A DNA stretch of 64,000 nucleotides from Qipengyuania sp. Lineage in GTDB: Bacteria > Pseudomonadota > Alphaproteobacteria > Sphingomonadales > Sphingomonadaceae. The notes beneath the pieces are model-generated. The model was not told the DNA's origin, searched no databases, and saw only the letters and a program-made list of their open reading frames with translations. The position numbers were made by a program, and so were the translations under genes. Positions 28,690 to 39,111 of this stretch are shown here, piece after piece. The DNA lies in NCBI RefSeq assembly GCF_964227205.1, contig NZ_CAXQVB010000006.1, positions 118,579 through 182,578 on the forward strand, in the 5' to 3' direction. How positions within the stretch are numbered: the first letter of the stretch is position 1; every line of letters begins with the position of its first letter.

Positions 28690-29853
28690 TCAATCGGCCG
28701 CCCGCAAGGCTTCTTCGACGGTCTCGTGGTAGCGACGGATGCCGCCTTCCATCGTGCCGAGCGTGAGATGCGGCACCGCGCCCGTCGCCAGGCCCTGCTG
28801 GCCGAGCTCGGCCGCACGGAAATCTTCGCTCGCGAAGACCCCGCCGTCGAGCAGCGCCCAGCTGCGTTCCCAGTGATCGCGCGCCTTGTCGGTCGCAGGA
28901 TGTTCGGGGATGAGCATGAAGTCCTCGACCAGCGTGCGGTCGTGCGCCTGCGGCATCATCACCATGACGTTGATGTAGTCGGGGCTGGGGATGATCAGTG
29001 CGCCGGGCAGCAGCTGATAGGCGAAGGTTACAACGCGGCGCAGTGCGGCCATGTCTTCGAGGTCGACACCCACCATCTCTTCCAGACGCCCGACCGCGGC
29101 ACGCGAATGCGGACCGATCATGTCGCCGCTGGTGACGCCGTCCTTGAAGAAGGGGCCGATCGTCTTCGCATGCAGCCGGGTGACATGGTAGCTTTCGAGG
29201 AAGGCATCCATGATCAGCTTCCAATTGCCCGCGACCTCGTGCGTCTTGCGGCGGAAGAGCACCTGGTCGCCCATGCCGAGCGCGTCGAAATCCTCGCCGA
29301 GCTGGTTGGCCATCGAGAAATCCGCCGTTTCCGCTTGCGGGCAGAACCAGATGAGCCCCCCGGTCTCGCGGCTCGGCAGCTCGACAAGGCCGTGGTCCTC
29401 CTTGTCGAGGCCGGGGAAAGTGTCGGGGCGCGGCAGTGCCAGCAGTCGCCCGTCCACCGCATAGGTCCAGGCATGATAGGGGCAGACGAGTTTTTTGGTG
29501 CAGTGCACCCCGTCACCTTCGACCAGCCGAGTCCCGCGATGACGGCAGACGTTAAGGAAAACATGCGCCTGCCCTTCCGCGTCGCGCGTGATCAGCAACG
29601 GGCGCCCGGTCGCATCGTGCGGAACCGCCATGCCGGGATCGGGCAACAGCGCCGATGGGCAGAGGATCTGCGGCAGGCGGTCGTAGATCGCCGCCTTCTC
29701 GCGCGCCCAATATTCGGGATCGATATAGACGCTTGCCGGGACCTTGGTCATGGCGCTCGTGTCGCGCTTGCGTCCTTCGGCAATGTCACGGGCCAGCGCG
29801 AGCATACCCTCGCTTGGTCGACCTGCTGTGGGTTTGGTGTCGACATCGCTCAT
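28690..29853 (-). CDS. Rieske non-heme iron oxygenase alpha-subunit-like protein
   Basis: NVCRHRG and CPYHAWTY Rieske ligands; NWKL..AFLESYHVTRLH; EDF. Confidence 0.88.
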   Translation of the reverse strand: MSDVDTKPTAGRPSEGMLALARDIAEGRKRDTSAMTKVPASVYIDPEYWAREKAAIYDRLPQILCPSALLPDPGMAVPHDATGRPLLITRDAEGQAHVFLNVCRHRGTRLVEGDGVHCTKKLVCPYHAWTYAVDGRLLALPRPDTFPGLDKEDHGLVELPSRETGGLIWFCPQAETADFSMANQLGEDFDALGMGDQVLFRRKTHEVAGNWKLIMDAFLESYHVTRLHAKTIGPFFKDGVTSGDMIGPHSRAAVGRLEEMVGVDLEDMAALRRVVTFAYQLLPGALIIPSPDYINVMVMMPQAHDRTLVEDFMLIPEHPATDKARDHWERSWALLDGGVFASEDFRAAELGQQGLATGAVPHLTLGTMEGGIRRYHETVEEALRAAD

Positions 29854-29926
29854 TTGCGCTGTTCCTCTCGCTCTCTCTCGTCGCTAGTGTCGCAAAAAAA
29901 TGGCGCAAACGGAAGGACGCTAGGGC

Positions 29927-31654
29927 ATGGCCGAGGTCGCGCAAGAGACACGAAAGATATCTGCCTGGCGTGCGCTCGGCATGGCACTGGGCAACCGCAA
30001 AACCGGATTCATGCTGCTGTTCGGCTTCGCCAGCGGGCTGCCCTTCGCGCTTTTTCTGGGCACGCTGTTCGCCTGGCTGACCGAGGCCGAGGTGGATCTC
30101 GAGACGATGGGCATCTTCTCACTGATCGGCCTCGCCTATGCCTTCCAGTTCCTGTGGTCGCCACTGATCGACAAGCTCGACATACCGTTGCTGCGACGGC
30201 TCGGACGGCGCAAGCAGTGGATCGTCCCGATGCAGATGCTGCTCGGCGCGATACTTGTGACGATGAGCCTGCTCGAACCCAAGAGCCAGCTGGGCCTGTT
30301 TTCGCTGCTCGCCGGGATCGGCGCCTTCGCCAGCGCCACGCAGGACATTGCGATCAACGCCTGGCGTATCGACGTAGCCGACGAGCGCGCGACGATCGAC
30401 ATTCTCTCGACCGTCTACCAGATGGGCTACCGTCTCTCCTCGCTGGTCGGCGGCGCGCTCGGCCTGATCATCGCTGCGCGGATCGGCTGGCCCGAAACCT
30501 ACATGATGATGGGGGGCATCCTGCTCGCCGTCGGAGCCGTGGGTCTTTTCGCTCCCAATGCGGAAGGCTCGGCGGAGGCGAGCGAGGGCGACGAGCAGGT
30601 CCGCGCGCTGCGTCGAGCGGGCGAGCTGGCACCCGCGATCCGCAACCGGGCGCTCGCCGCTGTCGGGCTGCTGTGGGCGGTGGCAATCGGCGCGGTACTG
30701 ACCTTCATGATCATGTCGATGACCAATGCGCCCGAGAACCGGCCCAATCCGACCGAGTTCACGCTGACCTGGGGGCCGTGGATAATCGTCGCGACGATTA
30801 TCCTTCCCGCACTTATCGCGGGATGGCTGGCCGGGCAGAAGAAGCAGGGCAAACATTTGCTCGCCGAGGATGCGCCGCCGGCCCGGGGCGGTGCCTACGC
30901 GCTCGACCACCTCTATCGCGCACTGGTGCTGCCGCTGGTCGAATTCGTTGGCCGGATAGGCTGGTCACTGGTGCTCATCCTCGCCGTGGTGCTGACCTAT
31001 CGCATATGCGATGCGATCTGGGGCACCTTTGCCTACCCCTTCTATCTTGGAGAGCTGCAGTACACCAATGACGACGTGGCCTTCGCCTCGAAGTTCTTCG
31101 GCGTTGGCGCGATCATTGCGGGGCTGGCGCTCGGCGGCTTCATGCTCACCGTGCTCGGCCGCATGGCGACGCTGCTGATCGGCGGCATTCTCGCCGCGCT
31201 GACCAATCTGCTCTATGCCGACATGGCGCTGGGCGGGGCACACATGCAGGCCTTCAGCGATGCGGTCGGCTTTACCTACCTCATCGAGCAGGTGCCGGGG
31301 ATCGGCGATGCGGATCTGGCCAAGCTGACCATCACCATCGGCTTCGAAAACCTGGCCATCGGGATTGCCGGGGCGGCCTATGTCGCCTGGCTGTCCTCGA
31401 TCGTCTCGAAGAAGTTCAGCGCGGTCCAGTATGCGCTGCTATCATCGCTGACGCTGCTCGTCGGGACGCTCGGGCGCGGCGCGCTGGGCGAGATGATCGA
31501 GAAGCAGGGCTTTTACGATGTCTTCATCCTCACCACCTGGATCGGGCTTGCCGCCTCGGTGCTGGTGTGCCTCGAATGGTATCGCGAACGCCGGGGCAAG
31601 GCCGCCGCGGGTATCGTCGCGCCCGAGGCCGGCGAAGTGGCTCCGGCAGAATGA
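29927..31654 (+). CDS. ampG: AmpG-family muropeptide MFS transporter
   Basis: LFGFASGLP, FLWSPLIDK, GRRKQW, SATQDIAINAWRID, AVQYALLSSL. Confidence 0.9.
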   Translation: MAEVAQETRKISAWRALGMALGNRKTGFMLLFGFASGLPFALFLGTLFAWLTEAEVDLETMGIFSLIGLAYAFQFLWSPLIDKLDIPLLRRLGRRKQWIVPMQMLLGAILVTMSLLEPKSQLGLFSLLAGIGAFASATQDIAINAWRIDVADERATIDILSTVYQMGYRLSSLVGGALGLIIAARIGWPETYMMMGGILLAVGAVGLFAPNAEGSAEASEGDEQVRALRRAGELAPAIRNRALAAVGLLWAVAIGAVLTFMIMSMTNAPENRPNPTEFTLTWGPWIIVATIILPALIAGWLAGQKKQGKHLLAEDAPPARGGAYALDHLYRALVLPLVEFVGRIGWSLVLILAVVLTYRICDAIWGTFAYPFYLGELQYTNDDVAFASKFFGVGAIIAGLALGGFMLTVLGRMATLLIGGILAALTNLLYADMALGGAHMQAFSDAVGFTYLIEQVPGIGDADLAKLTITIGFENLAIGIAGAAYVAWLSSIVSKKFSAVQYALLSSLTLLVGTLGRGALGEMIEKQGFYDVFILTTWIGLAASVLVCLEWYRERRGKAAAGIVAPEAGEVAPAE

Positions 31655-32944
31655 TCAGTCCGGATATTCGCCGTTGAGGCGCAGCACCTCACCGGCGAGA
31701 TAGAGCGAGCCCGCGATGAGGACGGGCAGGCTGCCCTTGGGCAGGGCTTCGAGCGCTTCGGGGACCGATTCTGCCGCGCCGGTGCCCTTGCCGAAATCCT
31801 GCGGCGAATGGAATTCGTGATCGGGCACCGGTACCGCGGTGATGCTCGCCAGATTGCCCGCCAGCGGCCGGATGATCGCTGCGGGATCCTTGTTCTTGAG
31901 CATGCCGAGGATGAGGTGCAGCCGCTGGCCCTCGAAATGTTGCGCCAAGGCCGCGCCGGCGCTGGGATTGTGCCCGCCATCGATCCAGACCTCATGCTCC
32001 CTGGTCAGCGGACCCGGGCGGAGCCGCTGCAAGCGCGCCGGCCAATGGGCGTTGCGCAAGCCTGAAACGATCGCTTCCTCGGCAATGGGGATCAGGCTCT
32101 GGTGGCGAAGCATGGCGATCGCCAGCGCGGCGTTTTCCGCCTGATGCGCTCCGACCATTGACGGCACGGGCAGGTGCAGCTCGCCATGGCTGTCGCTGTA
32201 ATGCAGTACGTTGCCGAGGGCGCTTGACGTCCAGTCGCGCCCACGCATGGCGAGGATTGCCGTCCGTTCCTCGGCGATCCGCTCGATTTCCGTCGCCGCT
32301 TCGTCCGCATAGTGCAGAGTAACCAGCGGACGTCCGGGTTTGGCGATCCCTGCTTTCTCGAAGGCGATTCGGGCCAGCGGGCGCTGCGGAACATCCTTCT
32401 CGGGGGCGAGCAGGAAACGTTCGTGATCGATGCCGAGTGCGGCGATGCCGCAGGCGGCGGGCCTTTCGATTACATTGGTAGCATCGAACCGCCCGCCGAG
32501 ACCGACCTCGACGACGCAGGCGTCGGCGGGAACGCGGGCGAATTCGGTGAAACCCGCGGCGATGGTGACTTCGAAAAAGCTCGGGTTGAGGCCTTCGCCG
32601 GCATCGAGCACCTGCGCAAGCAGTGCGGCGAGGCGGTCGTCCTCGACCAGCTTGCCGGCCACGCGAATGCGCTCGTTGTAGCGCACGAGATGCGGGCTGG
32701 TGGTGACGTGGACCGTGTGACCCTGCGCTTCCAGCATCGCACGAAGAAAGGCGCAGGTCGATCCCTTGCCGTTGGTCCCGGCAACGTGGAGGACGGGCGG
32801 CAGGTGGTGATGCGGATTGCCGAGCCGCTCGAGCAGCGCGCGGATCGTGCCTAGGCCAAGCCTGCCATCGGGTACCGAGAGGCGCGCGAGCCGGTCGAGC
32901 TGTTCTTGGACAGCGGCGCTGTCGGAGCGCGCGAAGTCCCGCAT
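31655..32944 (-). CDS. folC: Folylpolyglutamate/dihydrofolate synthase
   Basis: HVAGTNGKGS, TSPHLVRYNERI, EVGLGGRFDATN, WPARLQ, DGGHNP. Confidence 0.95.
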   Translation of the reverse strand: MRDFARSDSAAVQEQLDRLARLSVPDGRLGLGTIRALLERLGNPHHHLPPVLHVAGTNGKGSTCAFLRAMLEAQGHTVHVTTSPHLVRYNERIRVAGKLVEDDRLAALLAQVLDAGEGLNPSFFEVTIAAGFTEFARVPADACVVEVGLGGRFDATNVIERPAACGIAALGIDHERFLLAPEKDVPQRPLARIAFEKAGIAKPGRPLVTLHYADEAATEIERIAEERTAILAMRGRDWTSSALGNVLHYSDSHGELHLPVPSMVGAHQAENAALAIAMLRHQSLIPIAEEAIVSGLRNAHWPARLQRLRPGPLTREHEVWIDGGHNPSAGAALAQHFEGQRLHLILGMLKNKDPAAIIRPLAGNLASITAVPVPDHEFHSPQDFGKGTGAAESVPEALEALPKGSLPVLIAGSLYLAGEVLRLNGEYPD

Positions 32945-32952
32945 GATCTGGC

Positions 32953-33801
32953 TCAGGCGGCCTTTGCAGGCGCCAGATAGTCGAGCAGCGTCGCCAGCGT
33001 GTCCTTGAGGTCGTGCCGGTGCACCACCATGTCGACCATGCCGTGCTTGTGGAGGTATTCGGCGCGCTGGAAGCCGTCGGGCAGCTGTTCGCGAATCGTG
33101 TCCTGGATCACGCGCTGGCCGGCGAAGCCGATCAGCGCGCCGGGTTCGGCGATATGCACGTCGCCGAGCATGGCGTAGCTCGCGGTGACGCCGCCCGTGG
33201 TCGGGTCGGTCAGCACGACGATGTAGGGGAGCCTCGCTTCCTTCAGCCGGCGCGTCATCACGGTTGCCTTGGGCATTTGCATCAGGCTGAGAATGCCTTC
33301 CTGCATCCGCGCGCCTCCGGCGGCGGTGACGACGATATAGGGGCAGTGCCGCGTCAGCGCGCGTTCGGCGCCTTGGCAGAAGGCAGTGCCCACCGCCATG
33401 CCCATCGATCCGCCCATGAAGCCGAAATCCTGCACGCCGACGACCGCGGGCTTGCCCTCGATCGCGCCCGAACCGACGAGGAAGGCGTCCTTGTGCGGGC
33501 TCTTGGCGCGCGCCTTCTTGAGGCGGTCGGTATATTTCGACGTGTCGCGAAACTTCAATGGGTCTTCCTTCACCTCGGGGATCGGGAGAACCTCGTAGCC
33601 GGTGTCCAGCAGCTGGCGCAGGCGCTCGTCGGCACCGATCCGGCCGTGGTGCTCACAGCGCGGGCAGACGAAGGAATTGTCCGCATACTCCTGTGCGAAT
33701 ACCATCTGCTGGCAGCCGGGGCACTTGACCCACAGATCCTTGTCGGTGCTGCGCTTGGACAGCGAGGTGATCGAATTGCGGACGCGGGTGAACCAGTTCA
33801 T
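32953..33801 (-). CDS. accD: Acetyl-CoA carboxylase carboxyltransferase beta
   Basis: MNWF, CPGC...CPRC zinc finger, [32 protein letters not shown]. Confidence 0.97.
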   Translation of the reverse strand: MNWFTRVRNSITSLSKRSTDKDLWVKCPGCQQMVFAQEYADNSFVCPRCEHHGRIGADERLRQLLDTGYEVLPIPEVKEDPLKFRDTSKYTDRLKKARAKSPHKDAFLVGSGAIEGKPAVVGVQDFGFMGGSMGMAVGTAFCQGAERALTRHCPYIVVTAAGGARMQEGILSLMQMPKATVMTRRLKEARLPYIVVLTDPTTGGVTASYAMLGDVHIAEPGALIGFAGQRVIQDTIREQLPDGFQRAEYLHKHGMVDMVVHRHDLKDTLATLLDYLAPAKAA

Positions 33802-33841
33802 GCGGCCGCCTTAGTCTGCATTCGCGGCTAAAAAAAGCCCA

Positions 33842-33919
33842 GTCATTGCGAGGAGCCGTCAGGCGACGCGGCAATCCGGATAGCGTGGGACTGGATTGCT
33901 TCGCTACGGTCGCGACGAC
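33842..33919. repeat. REP-like palindromic doublet (GTCATTGCGAG type)
   Basis: gtcattgcga...gcaatcc...ggattgc...tcgcgacgac nested inverted repeats between trpA and accD. Confidence 0.7.
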
Positions 33920-33930
33920 TGATCACTGTC

Positions 33931-34719
33931 TCACTGGGCGGCGTGGACGGCCTGCGACAAGGCCGAGGTCAACTCGCGCAGCTTGGCAGGCGCTTCCGCA
34001 CCATGCTCGGCCACAAGCTCGACCAGCGCGGAACCCACGACCACACCATCGGCCACACGCGCGATTTCGGCGGCCTGCTGCGGCGTGCGCACGCCGAAGC
34101 CGACCGCGACCGGGATGTCGGTCGCCCTTTTGATGCGGCTGACATTGGCCTCGATCGATTCGATTGCCGCTTGCTGCATGCCGGTGATGCCCGCGACCGC
34201 GACGTAGTACAGGAAGCCTTGGCTGCCCTCGACCACGGCGGGCAGACGGTTGTCATCGGTTGTCGGTGTGGCGAGGCGGATCGGGGCGATTCCGGCAGCG
34301 CGCAGTGCGGGGCCGAGCGCATCGTCCTCCTCGGGCGGGATGTCGACGCAGATCACGCCATCGACGCCGGCGTCTTTCGCCGCGGCGGCGAACCATTCGG
34401 GCCCGCGCCGGATCATCGGGTTGGCATAGCCCATCAGCACCACCGGCACCTCGGGATGACGCCGGCGAAACTCGGTCGCGATCCGCAGCACGTCGGCAGT
34501 GGTCGTGGCCGCGCCGAGCGAGCGGATATTGGCCTGCTGGATCGCGGGACCATCGGCCATGGGATCGGTGAAGGGCATGCCCAGCTCGATCACATCGGCA
34601 CCGCCCTCGACCAGCGCGTCGAGATTGGCAGCCGTGTCGCCATCGCCTGCGGTGAGGAAGCACACGAGCGCGGGGTGGGGTTTGGCGAAGGCTGCGGAGA
34701 GGCGATTCGGGGTGTTCAT
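33931..34719 (-). CDS. trpA: Tryptophan synthase alpha chain
   Basis: IELGMPFTDPMADGPAIQ, LMGYANP, DIPPEE, FLYYV...GITG, VAVGFGV, DGVVVGSA. Confidence 0.97.
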   Translation of the reverse strand: MNTPNRLSAAFAKPHPALVCFLTAGDGDTAANLDALVEGGADVIELGMPFTDPMADGPAIQQANIRSLGAATTTADVLRIATEFRRRHPEVPVVLMGYANPMIRRGPEWFAAAAKDAGVDGVICVDIPPEEDDALGPALRAAGIAPIRLATPTTDDNRLPAVVEGSQGFLYYVAVAGITGMQQAAIESIEANVSRIKRATDIPVAVGFGVRTPQQAAEIARVADGVVVGSALVELVAEHGAEAPAKLRELTSALSQAVHAAQ

Positions 34720-34909
34720 GAGGTCAGGTTCGTTCATCTAACTCGGCAGAAGTCTGAGACATGGACCGGGTGTTACACTGTCCAAGGGCAAAAAAGCTGA
34801 GGGGGTGCAAGTGGGCTGCTTTCGGTCCGGAGGCAGGAAGAAGGTCGACGGTTCATGCAAGAGTCTTGGCACGGACACGACCGTGTAGGACAGGCGCTTA
34901 TTGAAGTGG

Positions 34910-35188
34910 TCAGTCATCTAGCACTTTCGTGAACATGCCTATCAAAGCGAAGATTACCGTCATAGCTACCGCCCACCAAAAGTAGCGGTTCATATTTTCC
35001 ATATCGCCTGAAGCGGATTGGCCAAGGATCCGAAAGCCGAAGAACAGCGGAAAACCAATCACAAGCCAGAACAAGCCAATCTTGGGTCGAAACGGAACCT
35101 CACGTCCCCAAATCCGCACGGTCTTTGTTCGACCCTTGGACTTGTTAGCCTGTTTACGCTTACCTGGCCGTTTGCGGCGGTGGCTCAA
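34910..35188 (-). CDS. Small membrane protein with Lys/Arg-rich N-terminus and 2 TM segments
   Basis: 92 aa, TTG start; MSHRRKRPGKRKQANKSK then two hydrophobic helices; AT-richer than the flanks. Confidence 0.6.
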   Translation of the reverse strand: MSHRRKRPGKRKQANKSKGRTKTVRIWGREVPFRPKIGLFWLVIGFPLFFGFRILGQSASGDMENMNRYFWWAVAMTVIFALIGMFTKVLDD

Positions 35189-35217
35189 AGCACCACTCTC
35201 AGTTTTTCCATCAAATG

Positions 35218-35307
35218 ATCGTCACCCCGGCTCCCGAGCCGGGGTCGGGCTGCTTTGAGCGTTGCGCGGAAAGAAGCACCACCCCGGATCAAGTCCGGGG
35301 TGACGAT
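35218..35307. repeat. 90-bp REP doublet (REPIN-like, CGTC type)
   Basis: Perfect 13-bp terminal inverted repeat atcgtcaccccgg/ccggggtgacgat; each end carries its own ccccgg...ccgggg hairpin. Confidence 0.88.
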
Positions 35308-35313
35308 GGTGGT

Positions 35314-35355
35314 GGGGTGGGGCTTGGCAAAGGCGCTGGCCAGGCGATCACGCAC
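35314..35355 (-). pseudogene. Relict duplicate of the trpA 5' end
   Basis: [16 protein letters not shown] vs true TrpA NRLSAAFAKPHP: 9/11 aa and 26/33 nt over the shared block; similarity stops 6 nt before the REP. Confidence 0.75.
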
Positions 35356-35529
35356 GACGCTTGCGTTCCCAATTTTCGACAACGCCAAGCGCAAGTCCGA
35401 AGAGGAGCGAGATAAGGATAGCGGTGTTTCGGATGAACTCTGCTTCGGCTCGATTAGTGAAAGCCCATGCCCAAATGGCTATGACGAGACAGACAGCAAC
35501 TGCTGCTGCAAAGATGTGTCCAAGCAATC

Positions 35530-35533
<4 letters not shown>
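35348..35533 (-). CDS. Small 2-TM membrane protein
   Basis: 61 aa; GTGA overlap with the trpB stop; two hydrophobic helices and a basic tail. Confidence 0.6.
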
Positions 35534-36747
<1,214 letters not shown>

Positions 36748-36851
36748 CTCCTGCCGCGCTTCGCATCCACCGGCGTGGTTGTCCAGAAAGCTATGATGGC
36801 AGGGCGGAAATTCGTTCTCGTCGCATCGTGGCGCTTCGGCGAATTCGCGAG

Positions 36852-36879
36852 GGGCGGTCCTGCGGGGCCGCCGCTTTTA
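36852..36879 (+). terminator. Hairpin with a short T-run on the antisense strand of the trp operon
   Basis: gggcggtcctgcggggccgcc-gctttta; 21 nt identical to 50811-50831. Confidence 0.5.
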
Positions 36880-37518
36880 TGCCCGCACCGCGGCGCAGAA
36901 GGCAGCAATCTTGCCCGCGTCCTTCACTCCCGGAGCACTTTCCACTCCGCTTGACGTGTCGACCAACGGCGTGCCGGTTGCCGCTATCGCCTCGCCCACA
37001 TTGGCAGCGGAGAGGCCCCCGGCAAGACCCCAAGGCAAGGATAGCCTAAGGCCGGACAGAAGCGACCAGTCGAAGCGCAGGCCCATGCCGCCGGGCAGCG
37101 CGGCGTCGCTGGGCGTCTTGGCATCGAACAGGATGAAATCGGCAGCCTCGCGATAGGCGTCGGCGCGGGCGACATCGGCGGCATTGCTGACGGGCATCGC
37201 CTTCCACACCGGCAGGTCGAAGCGCGAGCGTAGCGCGGCGCAGCGTTCGGGAGTTTCCTCGCCATGGAGCTGGATAGCATCGAGCCGGCCCGCAGCCACG
37301 GCCTCCCGCAGCAGCGCGTCATCGGGATCGACGAAGACGCCGACCTTGCCAATCGTTGATCCCGCCCGAGCGGCGAGCGTCGCGGCAGTGGCCGGGTCGA
37401 CATGGCGCGGGCTCGGCGGGAAGAAGTTGAAACCGACGAAGTCCGCGCGCGCCGCGACAACTGCATCGAGCGTGTCGACGTTCGAAATTCCGCAGATCTT
37501 GATCCGTGCAGTCGCCAT
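36877..37518 (-). CDS. trpF: Phosphoribosylanthranilate isomerase
   Basis: IKICGI, GFNFFPPSPR, IQLHGEE, LFDAK, GGMGLRFDW, LAGGLSAANV, VDTSSGVE. Confidence 0.96.
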   Translation of the reverse strand: MATARIKICGISNVDTLDAVVAARADFVGFNFFPPSPRHVDPATAATLAARAGSTIGKVGVFVDPDDALLREAVAAGRLDAIQLHGEETPERCAALRSRFDLPVWKAMPVSNAADVARADAYREAADFILFDAKTPSDAALPGGMGLRFDWSLLSGLRLSLPWGLAGGLSAANVGEAIAATGTPLVDTSSGVESAPGVKDAGKIAAFCAAVRA

Positions 37519-37527
37519 TGCCGCGTC

Positions 37528-38037
37528 CTAGGCTTCGGTCAGCGGCTTTTCCAGCACCGCGAAGCGGAGCGGCGGGTCGCGCGGCACGGGGAAGGGGCGT
37601 GTCTCGCCCGTCCGGCGATACCCGCGCCGTTCGTACCAGGCGATCAGCACCTCGCGCTGGGTGATGACCGTCATCTCCATGGCGCCGAGGCCCGACAATC
37701 GCGCCTGTTTCTCCGCCGCATCGAGCAGCTTGCCGCCAAGGCCCGCCGACTGCATCCGCGGATCGACGCAAAAGGTGCCGAGATAGCCCATGGTGTCGTC
37801 CTTGCGCGTTACCGCGACGCAACCCGTCAGTTCGCCATTGGCGCATCGCGCGACCAGCATGCTCACCGCTGGATCGGCGAGCATGGCTTCTACTTCCGCC
37901 AGCGAGATTCGTTCGTTGTCGAGGATATCGGCCTCGTGATTCCAGCCCTGCCGTGCGCTGTCGCCGCGATAGGCGCTCTCGATCAGCAGTTTGAGAGCCT
38001 TGGCATCGGCGGGCTGCGCCGCCTCGATTGCCGTCAA
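37528..38037 (-). CDS. GNAT N-acetyltransferase
   Basis: TTG start overlapping the pyrF TGA; SAYRG, VDPRMQSAGLGGKLL, LIAWYERRGY. Confidence 0.85.
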   Translation of the reverse strand: MTAIEAAQPADAKALKLLIESAYRGDSARQGWNHEADILDNERISLAEVEAMLADPAVSMLVARCANGELTGCVAVTRKDDTMGYLGTFCVDPRMQSAGLGGKLLDAAEKQARLSGLGAMEMTVITQREVLIAWYERRGYRRTGETRPFPVPRDPPLRFAVLEKPLTEA

Positions 38038-38708
38038 AGCGTCGCCTCGATCTCGCGCGCAGCCTTGGCCGGGTCGTCGGCGCGGCTGATCGGGCGGCCA
38101 ATCACCAGCACGCTGGCGCCGTCGTCGCGGGCCTGGCGCGGGGTAACGACGCGCTTTTGGTCGCCCACCGCGCTGCCTGCGGGGCGCAGGCCGGGAACGA
38201 CGAAGAAGCCGTCCCGCCACTGGTCGTGGACGGCCTTTATCTCCTGCCCTGAACAGACGATTCCGTCGAGGCCTGCCTCGCGCGAAAGATCGGCCAGCCG
38301 CATGACATGGTCGTGCGCGCTGCCCTCGATTCCGGTGCGCTGCAGGTCGCGGTCGTCCATGCTGGTGAGCATGGTGACGCCGACGACCTTGGTGTTCTCG
38401 CCCGCGGCCGCCTTGGCGTCTTCCAGCATCGCCCGCCCGCCGCTTGCGTGGACCGTGACGATACTCGGTTCGAGAACGTGAATCGCCTGCATCGCGCCGG
38501 CAACGGTGTTGGGAATGTCGTAGAGCTTCAGGTCGAGGAAGATCGGCAGGCCCAGCTGGCCGATCATGTGAACCCCGTGGGCGCCGTGGGCGCAGAAGAA
38601 TTCGAGCCCCAGCTTGATGCCGCCGACATGGCCCTTGACCTGCTTGGCAAGGTCGAGCCCGTCGCGCAGCCGCGGGACATCGAGGGCGAGATAGATCGGG
38701 TTGGTCAT
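38034..38708 (-). CDS. pyrF: Orotidine-5'-phosphate decarboxylase
   Basis: MTNPIYLALD, KLGLEFF, FLDLKLYDIPNTV, TVHASGG, VPGLRP, QKRVVTP, VIGRPI. Confidence 0.96.
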   Translation of the reverse strand: MTNPIYLALDVPRLRDGLDLAKQVKGHVGGIKLGLEFFCAHGAHGVHMIGQLGLPIFLDLKLYDIPNTVAGAMQAIHVLEPSIVTVHASGGRAMLEDAKAAAGENTKVVGVTMLTSMDDRDLQRTGIEGSAHDHVMRLADLSREAGLDGIVCSGQEIKAVHDQWRDGFFVVPGLRPAGSAVGDQKRVVTPRQARDDGASVLVIGRPISRADDPAKAAREIEATL

Positions 38709-39052
38709 GCGGATTGCGATGGCTCTGTTGAAATGGGATCGTCGGGTTCGGGAGAAGGATCGGCGGGCTGCGCCTGCTCGGCAGGCTTGGGTGCGGGCGC
38801 GGGGGTGGCCAGCCGCGTGGTCGCTGCCTCGAGCGCGCTGATTCGGCGTGTGGAGCGCCACTTGCTGGTCCGGTGGATCAACCACATCGGCACAAGCCCG
38901 AGCAGGAAGGAGACGATCACCAGCGCAGGAAGCTTGGTCTCGAGCACGAGGTTCGACCAAATCTGCACTTCGACCGGCTTCCAGTTGAAGAAGCTGAAAG
39001 CGAGCAGCGAAAACAGCAGCAGGACCCAGACGATAGTGCGCACGATCTGCAT
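38705..39052 (-). CDS. lapA: LapA-family membrane protein
   Basis: Two TM segments with N...VEV between them, basic then Pro/Ala-rich tail; position upstream of pyrF. Confidence 0.7.
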   Translation of the reverse strand: MQIVRTIVWVLLLFSLLAFSFFNWKPVEVQIWSNLVLETKLPALVIVSFLLGLVPMWLIHRTSKWRSTRRISALEAATTRLATPAPAPKPAEQAQPADPSPEPDDPISTEPSQSA

Positions 39053-39111
39053 GAAGCCTTCCCCCCCCTTGTAACCTTTGATGCAATGCTAGGCCGCAGC
39101 GCCGCGCGCGT

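Noticed and set aside
28726-31071. 781-aa plus-strand ORF
   Set aside because: Antisense to the Rieske gene and out of frame with ampG; Arg/Ala/Gly-rich shadow ORF typical of high-GC DNA, with no motifs.
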